Source: Cyanophora paradoxa CCMP329
Lineage: Eukaryota; Plantae; Glaucophyta
DNA length: 64,000 bases
Assembly: GCA_004431415.1 (NCBI GenBank)
Contig: QPMI01000558.1
Span: 1-64,000, forward strand
Direction of reading: 5' to 3'
Shown here piece by piece: positions 11,070 through 21,391 of this stretch. Numbering within the stretch: position 1 is the first letter of the stretch; each line of letters begins with the position of its first letter. The position numbers and the translations under genes were made by a program. The notes under the pieces are model-generated. The model made no database searches. It was not told where the DNA came from and saw only the letters and a list, made by a program, of their open reading frames with translations.

Positions 11070-12843
11070 ATGATCAAAGCGTTGGCCAGGAGTCGGCCGA
11101 GCCCAGAGGACCGGAACGCAGAGCGCGCGCTCCTCACGGGGCCGGCTGACATCGATGTTGCATTCGTCGATGAGGGCCGGTCCGCGGCGGTGCCTGCGCT
11201 GGCGCGTCCGCGGTGGTCGCCGTTCGCGTCGTGCATGCCGACGAGCATGCCGACTGTTGATGATGACGACGTGACAGAGCTCGTGAACCCCAAGGTGCGA
11301 ACGGCGACCTTCCGGCCTTTCGCGGGGCCGACGGGGCGCGCAGGCGGACTTCGCGTGCGTGTCACGCGTCTCGGGGCACGGCGGCGGCGTCCGGCTCGCG
11401 TTCCACGAGGCCTCGCGCACCCTCTGGTCGGCCGGCGAGGACTCGGCTGTGCGCGTCTGGACCGCCGAGAACGGGCTGCACCCCGTGCAGGGCGGCAAGG
11501 TCACGGCGTGCGTCCGCCGCCCCCGCCGCGCCCGGCCGCGCGGGGCGGGGCGGGGCGTGAGGGGCGGGGGCGGCGTGCAGGGCGCACACATCGCCGATCA
11601 CGTCGATCTGCGCGTCGGCCTCCATCCGCGACCCCCGCGCCTACACCGCCGCCGGCGTCCGCCCCGCCCCGCCCCGCCCCCCGCCTTCGGCCCCCGCCTG
11701 GGGCGACCGGCTCGCGCCGCAGGACCCGCAGGTGAAGGCGTGGCGGAGGGGCGAGGGCGGGGCGCTGGAGGCCGCGGGGGCCGGAACGGCGGCGGGATAC
11801 GTGAAGTGCGCTCGATCCTCGCTCGGGCGGGGCGGCGGGCCGAGCGGGGCGGGGCAGGACGGTCGCGGAGGCGGACGGGCGGGTCCTCTGCGGCCTCGAG
11901 GACGGCCGCCTCCAGGCGCGTAGTAACCCCCATCCCCCTTCTTCCCATCCCCGCCCGATGCGCCCCGGCAGGTGCTGGACGGGGGCGCGGGGCTGGCGGC
12001 GGGCGGGGCGCTGGAGGCGCGGCGGCCGGAGGCGAAGGGCGCCGTCCTCTCCCTCGCCTTCCTCGACGCCAGCACCGCCGCCGCCGCCGGCCGCGCTGAC
12101 GCCATCGCCCTCTGGCCCGCCCCTGCACCCGCCCCGCCTCCCCGCCCTGCACTTCTCGCTGAGGGGCCCCCGCAGGGACCTGCGGGCGGGGCGCGTCGTC
12201 CGCCAGTTCGAGGTGCGCCGCCGCGGCGCCGCCCGCCCGTCTGGTCCTCGCCGCCCCCGCCCACGGGCCCCCGGCAGGGCCACACGCACTGGGTCTCTGC
12301 CCTTGTCTCCGACGGCCGCCGCCTCTTCTCCGGCTCCTGGGCCCGCCCCCGCCCCCGCCCCGCCCCGCCCCGGCCCCGGCCGTGCCTCTAACCGTGCACC
12401 GCGGCAGGACTCGGACGTGCGGGTGTGGGACCTGCGGGGCGGGGAGTGCGTGGCGCAGCTGTCCGAGCACCGGGGCACGGTCTCGGCGCTCGCCCTGCGG
12501 CCCCCGTTCCTCTTCTCCGGCGCCGCCGACCGCCGCACCAAGGCCCGCCCCCGCCCCCGCCCCCGCCCGGCCCCGCCCCGCACCGGCCCCTCACGCGGCG
12601 GGGCAGGTGTGGGCGGTGGCGGGGGGCCGTTGCGTGCAGACGATAGCGGACCACGGGGCGGGGGTGACGGCGAGCGCGGCCGGTGAGGGCCAGCTCTTCA
12701 CCGCCTCGTGCACGGGGGACATCCACCTCTGGCAGCAGGCCGCGTCCCCCTCCTCCGGGGGGCCCGCCCCCGCCCTTGCCGCCGCCGCCGCCGGCAGGGC
12801 GGGCTCCCACCTCCTCCCCTTCGAGTTCCCCTCCCTCGACTAG
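11070..12843 (+). CDS. WD40-repeat protein
   Basis: GH...LWSAGEDSAVRVW, GHTHWVSAL...LFSGSW|DSDVRVWD, EHRGTVSAL...LFSGAADRRTK|VW, DHGAGVTA...LFTASCTGDIHLW. Confidence 0.88.
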
Positions 12844-13093
12844 GCAGCCCCCCCTCTTTCTTGCCCCTGCCAGCCCCCTCCTCGCCCCCCACCGCACGAG
12901 ACCCGACCACAGCATTTCATTATTCGCTCGAATCGATATCCGTATACATGCGATACTAAACCAACTCAGAAACGGAGGGCCCGGTGGCAGCTTCGGACTG
13001 GGAAGGGCGAGGGCAGAGGGCGGGGGCCGGGAGCCCGGGGAGGGCGCGTGGGGCTAGGGGGCGGGGAGGAAGGAGCGGAGGGGTGCGCGGGCG

Positions 13094-15899
13094 CTAGGAG
13101 CGGAAGCCGGCGGCGACGTTCTTGTAGCGGGAGAAGGCGGGGGAGGAGTCGGCGAGGTCGGAGACGAGGCCGCCGCCGGCGCCCTCCTCGGGGGCCACCC
13201 GCGTCAGCCGCGCCCCGCTCCCCGGGCCGGCCGCCCCCCGCAGCTTGGGAGAGGCGCCCGCCGAGGGGGACCCCGAGTCGGGGCTCCACGACGTGTACAC
13301 CGGCTGGCTGGGCGCCGGGGGGGGCGGGGGGGCCGGCGCCGGCGAGGGGGCGGGGGCGGGGGCCCCGGAGGCGGCGGAGGAGAGCTTCTGCTGGACGAGG
13401 AGGAGGCGGGAGGCGGAGAGGGGGCCCGGCGAGGAGGGCGCCGCCCCCGCCGCCCCCGACGCGAACGTCACCTGAGCGCGAGGGGTGAGAGGGGCGGGCG
13501 GCGAAGGGAGGGGCGGGGGCGTGGGGAAGGGCGGGCCCGTCGCTCGGCGGCGGGTCGGGGATGTCGAGGGAGAGGGCCCCAGGGAGACCGCCGCCCCGTC
13601 CGCCGGCTCCTCCCGCCCCCCGCCCCCGCCAGCGACGACCGCCGCCCCGCGCCCCCGGCCCCCGCCCCGGCGTGGGCGCCCTGCGGGGCGGCGGCGGGGC
13701 CGTCGGCGGTGGTGCGGAAGTAGGAGGAGGAGTTGGGCGAGGCCGTCGGGTCCGCCTTCGTCGACACTGCGCCCCGCGCGTCGGCGGCGGCGGCGCGAGC
13801 GGGCGCGAACGCCGCGGGAGGCGCGGGAGGGAGGGGCACCGCCGAGGACGAGCTGGTCGAAGATGGAGAAGGAGTAGCGCTCCGTGAGGCGCTTGCAGAA
13901 CTCGATCCCCCGCACGCTGTTCCCCCGCCGGTCCAGCCGCGGCGAGTAGATCGCCAGCCCCATCACTGCGCGCCGGCCGGCGGCGTCGGGTGCAAGAGGG
14001 GGCAGGGGTGGCGGGGGATGCGGAGGGGGCGGGGCACCGTTGGGGATGACGACGAAGATGGCGCCCGAGACGCCCGACTTGGCGGGCAGCCCGATCGAGA
14101 AGGCCCCTGGCCCGAAGCTCAGCGCCGCCGGGGCGGGGCGGAGAGGCGGGGCGGAGAGGCGGGGGGGGGGGCGCACACTCCCCCGAGAAGTCGTACATGC
14201 CGCAGGAGTACATGAGGGCGAGGCAGTTCCGCACCGTCTTCGGGTTCACGCAGCGCCGCCCCGTCGTCGGGCACACCCCTGCACGCCCCGCCCTTCAGCG
14301 CCCCGAGGCGCGGGGCGGGCGGGGCGGGGCGGGCGGGCGCGCCGGCGTTGGCGAGGGTGGCGGCCATGGTGGCCATGCTCTCGCAGGTGCCCTCGATGGA
14401 GCAGCACTGGAAGTAAAAGTCCAGAACCTCATTCAGGCGCGCCCCCGGCGGGAAGACCCCGTGCGACCTGCCCGCCCCGCCCCCGCCCCCGCCTCGCCCC
14501 GGCCCGCAGAGCCGGCGGGCGCCTGGGCGGGCGGGGGCGGGGGCGGACCGCATGTAGTAGGCGAGGGCGAAGTTCTTGTCAGCGGTGTCCTTCTCGGAGA
14601 GGAAGACGGCCTGGTTGAAGCCGATGCGGGCCCCGCCGGCCATCGCCTTCAGGTTCTCCACCAGCGTCGCGAACCGCACCGCCGCGCTCGCCTCCGGCTG
14701 CAGCAGCGAGCACACCGTGATCGCCCCGCTGTTGATCATCGGGTTCTGCCCGCGGCGCGCGCGCGCGGCGTGAGGGCGCGGCGCCCTGGGCGGCCGGCTC
14801 GGGCGCGGCGGGGCGGACGTGGGGCTTGTTGGCGAAGTTGAGGGTGAACGCGTTGAAGGCCCTGCGGGGGGGCTCGCAAAGGCGGCGCGAAGCGGGGGGG
14901 GAGGGGCCCGGGCCGGGGAGGAGGGGCGGGGGCGGGGCGCACACGCCGGAGGGCTCGTAGCCGACGTGCTCGTGGACGAGGTCGATGCCCCGCTCCTCGC
15001 ACGCGAAGCAGTACGTCACTGCCCCGAGCCGCGATCGGCCCTCCGAGGCTCCACGGCGCGGGGCGAGCGGGCGGGGGCGGGCGCCGGGGGATGGCGCACG
15101 GGGCTTGATGCAGGACTGCATGCAGAAGTCGACCTGGGCGTCGCCGTAGGAGAAGCGCTGGCCGTCGACGGTGCAGATGGCGATGCCGTAGAGCTCGGGG
15201 TCGACGAGCTCGAGGAAGGGGATGTAGTTGGCGTTGGCGCCCTCGCGGTGCTCCCGGCACTCCTCGAAGATCTGGACGAGCTCCTCGCAGAACTCAGCGA
15301 AATTCGGGATGGCGAGCCGCCCCGCCAGCGCCCGCTGCAGGATGTTCTCCGTCTCGTCCGCCATGATCGCGTAGAAGCCGCTGCGCCCCGACCCCACCTC
15401 GCGCCCGCGCCCCGGCGCCCGCGCCCCGGCGCCGCTCACTCGAAGTCGATGGTGCCCGTGTTCTTCGGGTCCGCTTTCTTCAGCAGCCTGCGGAGGCGTG
15501 GTTACAGAGCGGCTGTGGCTGAGACGGGCGCGCGCCGAGCACGCACGCCGCGACAGGGGCCGCTGACGCATCCAGGCCCAGGATCTGAAGCGCGCTCTTG
15601 AGCGCGCTGATCGGCATCACGGGCTCGTCCTTCGAAAGCAGGTTGAACGCCGTCCGAATCTAAGCAGCATGATCAGGCGCTCGCACGCGCGCAGCCTCGC
15701 TCGCCGAGTCGAGCGGAACAAGCCGCGATCCGGCCGCGCTCCATCCCGCGCGCGGCGGAGCAGGCGGCGCTGGTGCAGTCCGGCCAGAATCATATAATCT
15801 AGCAATGTGCGGGGTGCGGCGCGGCCGCACCTCCGTAGCCCGCGCGGCGAGCGATTCGCCGAGGTTCTCATTATGCGAACGGCTGAACATGCGCGACAT
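13094..15899 (-). CDS. GLS: Glutaminase (GLS type) with N-terminal EF-hand-like region
   Basis: ANYIPFL, AICTVDGQR, catalytic FCMQSCIKP, VGYEPSG.AFN, KPHNPMINSGAI, MYSCGMYDFSG, GLPAKSGVSG, SPRLDRRGNSVRG. Upstream IRTAFNLL and DPKNTGTIDFD resemble EF-hands. Confidence 0.93.
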
Positions 15900-16241
15900 C
15901 GCGGCAACTGCTAGCTGTACCACTGGACCACGCTGGCGCGGCCTCCGAGCCCGCAGCCGCCGGCGTCTGAAACGCGTGATCGCGCGCGGGCAGCCGGGAT
16001 TCGAACCCTCGAAGTCCTGACTTCAAATTCGGCCCAACTTCTGCTGTTGGGCCAGAGGGCCAACGAGCCCGCCGGATCGCGTCGCAGGCAGCCCAGCGTC
16101 CCCCCCGGATCCAGCTCGCTCTCACTCGCGCGCAAAGAAAAACGCTGGTGCTCTTAAAACTCCTGTCTACCCTATCGCTAGGCACTGCAGTGCGCGGGCG
16201 GCCCTCTGGGCGAGGGCGGCGCGCGCGCGGGAAAAAAGCGC

Positions 16242-19200
16242 TCAGAGCTCGTCGTGGGCGGGCTTGGCCTCCTTCTGGTCGTCGTCGGCGGGGGCCGCCT
16301 CGGCGTCGCCCATGCCGTCGTCGACCTTCTTCTCCTCCTCCTCCTCCTCCTCGGCCGCCGCCGCCTCGTCCTTGGCGACCTCCTCCTCGTCGACCGCCGC
16401 GTCGGGGTCCATGCTCAGGCCTGCCGGCCGCACGTGGCTCAGCGGGGCGGCGGGGCGGCGGAGGGCGGGGCGGGGCCGGCCGCGGCGGCGCGCACCGCGC
16501 TTCATGAGGCGGTAGATGCGGTCGGCGAAGTTGTTGGGGTCCTCGATGGCGAAGCCCGAGTTGAGGGCGGCCGTGTCATAGAGGACGGTGGCGAGCTCCT
16601 TGGCGAGCGGGTCCTCCTTGTCCGTCTTCGAGAGCTCGTTGAGCTTGCGCACCATCGGGTGGTACGGGTTGATCTCCAGCGTCTTCTTCGAGATCATGTA
16701 GCTGCCGCCGCCCCGCCGTCAGGGGGGCGCCGGGGGGGGGCAGGGGGGCGGGCGGGGGGCCGCACTTGTAGCGGGAGGGGTCGTTGAGGGCCTGGGCCTT
16801 CATGATGCGCTCCATGTTGGCGGACCAGCCGTACTGGCCGGTGACGAGGATGGCCGGGCTCTTCGCCAGGCGCTTCGAGAGGGCGACCTTCTCCACGCGG
16901 GAGCCGAGGAGCTCCTTGACCCAGTCGGAGAAGCCCTTGAACTCCTCCTTCATCTTCTTCTCGCGGGCCTTCTCCTTCTCGTCCTCGCCGGCGATCTTGA
17001 GGCCCTCCTTGGTGGCCGACACGAGCTTGTACTTGGTCTCCTTGTCCATCTCGTACTCGGGCATGTGCTGCACGGCGTACTCGTCGATCGGATCCACCAG
17101 GTAGAGCACCTCGAGGTCCTTCTTCACGAGCCGCTCCAGGAAGGGCGCGTGCTTCACCGCGTCCAGCGACTCCCCCGCGATGTAGTAGATCACGTCCTGC
17201 TCCAGGTCAGGGGCAGGCGGCGGGGGGTGGGGGGCGGGCGGGGCGGGGCGGGGAGGGGCGGACCTGCTTGGGCTTCATGCGGCCGATGTACTCGTTGAAG
17301 GAGATCATGGTGCCGTTCGACTTGGACGAGTAGAAGCTGCGCGGGCGGGCGCGCCGTCGTCAGCGGCGGCGCGGGGTCGGGCCCGCTGGGGCAGGCGAGG
17401 GGGCGTGTTTGCGGACCGGAGCATCTTGGCGAGGCGGTTGCGGTTGGCCTGGTCCTCGACCACGCCGAGCTTGAGGTTCTTGCCGAACGCCTCGTAGAGC
17501 TTCTTGTACTGCTCCTGCGGGTCCTTGTCGTCCTTCTCCTCCTCCTCCTCCTCCTCCTTCTTGGTCTCCTCCTCGGTCTTCGCCGGCTCCTCCGCCTTCT
17601 CGTCGTCCTTCTCGAGCTCCTTCTTGCGGGCCTTCTCCGCCTTGTCCGACATCTGCTTGATGAGCTCCAGGACCTTGCGCACGAGCTTCTTCTTGATGAC
17701 CTGCAAGCGCCGCCTCGGCAACGGCGCACGACTTCGGAGCGAGGAGAGCGGAGGTGCGGACCTTAAGCATCTTGTGCTGCTGGAGCATCTCACGGGAGAC
17801 GTTGAGCGGCAGGTCGTCCGAGTCGACGATGCCCGTGATGAACTTGAGGTACTTCGGCATCAGGTCCTGCGCACGGCGCGAGGCTCAGCTTCCGGCCGCC
17901 CAGAAGCGGCGGGGGCGGGGCGGGGCGGGGCGGACGTCGAACTCGTCGGTGATGAAGACGCGGCGGACGAAGAGCTTGAGGGCGGTGCTCTTCTCGTTGT
18001 AGTTGTCGAAGAGGTCCGCGGGGGCGCGCCCGGGGAGGAAGAGGAGGGCCTTGAACTCGACCTCGCCCTCCGCCTTGAAGTGGATGTGGCCGAGGGGCTC
18101 GTCGAAGTTCTTCGAGACCGTCTTGTAGAAGTTGGTGTACTCCTCCTCCGTGATGTCCTTCGGGTCGCGCGTCCAGATCGCCTTGACGTCGTTCAGCTGC
18201 GTCCACTCCCACTTGGTCTCCTTGACCTTCTTCGTCTTCGGCTTCTTCTCCTCGTCGACGTCGCTCACCTCCGCCTCCTCCTCGTCCTGCCCCCGCCGCG
18301 TCAGACGGGCCGGCCGCGGAACCCGGGCGCCGGCGCCTCCGCACCTTCTTCTCCTCGTCGCCCTCCTTCTTCTCCTCATCGCCCTCCTTCTTCTCGGTGT
18401 CGGCCTCCTCCTTCTTCTCCTCGGCCTCCTTCTCGGCCTCCTCATCGGGGACCTCGACCTCGACCTCCTTGCTCGTGTGCAGGTAGATCGGGAAATTGAT
18501 GAACTCGCTGTAGCGCTTCACCAGCTCCTTCAGCTTGTCCTGCGCGTCCCCGCGCGTCAGAGCGAGCGAGAGCGCTGAAAGGGGCGCTGGGGCGGGCCTC
18601 CTGGATGTACTCGTTGGCGTCCTCCTTGAGGTGGAGCATGATCTTGGTGCCGCGGCCGAGGGTCGGGCCCTCCGGGTCCTCAGTGATCGTGTACGACGAG
18701 TCGGCCCGCGACTCCCAGATGTACCTGCCCGCATCCCCGCCGTCAGCACGCGTTCGAGCCCGGGCGAACGCTCCCCTCCGGCGGCCTCGGCCGGGCGGGC
18801 GCACTGGTTGTCGTCGTTGTGCTTCGAGACGACGGTCACGTAGTCGGCGACGAGGTAGACCGAGTAGAAGCCGACACCGAACTGGCCGATCAGGTTGAGG
18901 TCGGTCGAGTTGCCGGCCGACTCGAGGAACTCTGCGGATGCAGTGAGCGGCGCGTCGCGTACGCGGAGAGGGGCGCAGGGAAGGCGCCGCGCACTCATCG
19001 TGCCGGACTTGGCGATGGTACCGAGGTTGTTGATAAGGTCCTTCTTCGTCATACCGATACCGCGGTCCTGGATCGAGAGGATCTTCTTGTCCTTGTCGGC
19101 AGAGATCTGCACGCGCCGGCGCGTCAGTCGCCGCGTACGTAACCGGTGTCAGATACGGGCTCGCGCCTTAATTTCCAGCTTGGCGGTCTCTCCCTCGCCG

Positions 19201-19823
19201 AGCGCGGTGGAGTTCGTGAGAGACATGAAGCGGATCTTGTCCAGGGCCTGCCCGCGCGGGGAGTGAGGCACTGCTACGCGCCCAGACGAGGGTGAACACG
19301 CGCACGTCAGACGCGTTGGAGATGAGCTCGCGCAGGAAGATTTCCTTCTTGCTGTAGAGCGAGTTGATGATGATGTCCATCAACCGGTTAACCTCCGCCT
19401 GGAACTCGAACTTCTCGGCCGTGGCCTTAATGTTCTTCGCGTCCTTCACGCTGAAGCCATCCGAGACAATCTTGTCCTCCTCCCTGCGCGCAATCGTTTC
19501 AGGCACGTTCGTACGCAAGCGAAACGCACGCGCTGCGCTTCCCGCGCACCGCTGCACGGTGGTCGCGTCGGTCTGAAGGCCCACGCGCTCCGGGTTGATT
19601 GCGTTTTCAACCTTGGCCGCAGTGTCGGCCCGCACCGTCGTAAAGACTGTTCGATTCCGTAAGCATCGCAACGAGCGGCCACGCGCGCCGGGCCTAGCCG
19701 CTGGACTTTCTATCCGCGTCGAACATTCCGGCGCGTTCCAGCCGAATTGGCGGGAGCGCTGTGGGGTGCTTGCTCACCGGCAGCGAGCACGACGACGGCA
19801 AAGATGAACGTCGCCGGCCTCAT
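16242..19823 (-). CDS. HSP90B1: Endoplasmin / GRP94 (ER HSP90)
   Basis: Signal peptide [90 protein letters not shown]-terminal HDEL*. Confidence 0.98.
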
Positions 19824-19948
19824 CGAGCGGCCCTCCAAAACCCGCGAACCTTCCTGGGTTGGTCTGGGGGTATGCTAACTGGCGTGGTGACGAAAGCAGG
19901 GCTTTTCTCCTCTAACTCAAGGCGGCCGTACCCCACCCACCCTCCGTG

Positions 19949-20865
19949 CATGTCATTTCTAGATCTTGTCTCGAGTAGGGCTGGGCACAGTTCGACTTTT
20001 CCCCCACCGGGTCGGTGGCCCCGCTGACTGTTACCCACCGGTGGCGGTCGGTGGAGGTGGGGGTACGTGCTACAGTGCGTGAAAATTGACAGGATCGATA
20101 TCCCGGAAATACGCTAAATTCTGCACAGCTTCAAGGCGCTACGCGCCTACTCTGTTCCCAATTGTTCGACGTCTTCCTTTAGTTCGATGGTCATGTCGAC
20201 GGTTTGTTAACGTTGTCTCGCGAGGTCTTTTGTGGCGATGCCTTCGACGTCGACGCGTACGCGCGCGGCGCGGCGCGCGCGCGCTGGTGGCCCGCGGCCG
20301 GCGCCGCGCCGCGCGCGTCCCTTATATCAAGAACTTGTCATTTCTCAACTGTCTTGTCATTTCTAGATCTTGTCTCGAGGTCTTTTGTGGCGATGCCGAC
20401 GCGTCGTACGATCCCACGTGCACACGGGGCCGGACAGCTGCAGGCGCAGGCGGCGGCGCGCCCGGAGACTCTGCAGCGCGATGCGTGGTGCGCGCGCGGA
20501 GCTCGAGAATGATGATGCGTGCGATCGGGGCGCGCGCGAACGCCGCGCGCGGGCCGGCTGCGGCTCCGCGGCCGGCGCCGGCGCCGGCGCCGGCGCCGTC
20601 GCCGCGTGCACGCGATATCGATGCCTCCGATCCCACACGGGACAGGCGGCGCGCCTTCGCCCCGGGCCCGGCCGCGCGCGGGAGCATGCGCACTGGCACG
20701 ACCCGGAGACCCTGCATGCAGCGCGATGCGTGGCCATGGTGCGCGCGCGCAGCGCGGAGAATGATGATGCGTGCGATCGTGGCGCGCACGCCCCGTTCAG
20801 CTGCAGTGCGCACGCCGGCGCCGCGCGCGCGGGCCGGCTCCGGCGCCGTCGCCGCGTGCACGAGC
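19949..20865. repeat. Nested degenerate direct repeats in the GRP94-PEMT intergenic region
   Basis: TGTCATTTCTAGATCTTGTCTCGAG at about 19951 and 20355; GAGGTCTTTTGTGGCGATGCC at about 20222 and 20377; a longer unit containing AGAATGATGATGCGTGCGATCG at about 20409-20612 and 20628-20862. Confidence 0.85.
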
Positions 20866-21391
20866 CCGAGCGCGTACGCAAAGTGCAACATTAATTATAA
20901 ACTGTACTAAATTGTGCGTGGACATATGTGCTGTGATCGCCGAGTCGTACGCGTGCGTGCGCTTGCAATTGCCCGAGGCTGGCGCTGCACTGTCCGGCGC
21001 GCACGCGGCGCCGTGGTACTGCTAGCGCCGCTGTAACGGCACCCGCTCTCTGTTTGTACATGTGCAGATGTGCGCTCGAGCGCAACTGTGCTGACCGATC
21101 GCGATACGCGCTAGGGCTGTTTAGTTAACGCGGCGGGCGGCCGGGCATGGCGAGGCCGCACCGGTCGCGCAATCCTTCACCGCAGCCGAGCGAGCGCCGA
21201 GCGCATGCACGGCTGCTTTCGAATCTCAGCAGAGTCGTAGGTCGGACCTGGTCGACCGCTTGGCTGACATCTCGCATACCCCCCCTGGAAAGCAGGAAAC
21301 AAGAGCTCGCCAAGGCCCGCCTCGTCGCGGTGCTTAGTTCGTGGCAGCTTCTTGCGTTCGTTGTCTGTTGTCAGTTTCTCGGCTCGCCATT

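Noticed and set aside
15915-16075. tRNA-like signals: B-box GGGTTCGAATCCC on the minus strand, A-box-like TGGTCCAGTGG downstream (permuted tRNA?), and a CTTCAAA loop plus hairpin on the plus strand (tRNA-Sec?)
   Set aside because: The T-stem has only 3 bp, and acceptor, D and anticodon stems do not pair in any arrangement tried. The A-box lies just 5' of the glutaminase ATG. A tRNAscan-SE/SPLITS run would settle it.
19949-20400. Spaced short repeats resembling a CRISPR array
   Set aside because: Only 2-3 degenerate copies, irregular spacing, no cas genes, eukaryotic context.
20508-20780. ATGATGA box C-like motifs suggesting snoRNAs
   Set aside because: No box D (CTGA) or terminal stem at suitable distance; the motifs are part of a degenerate repeat.
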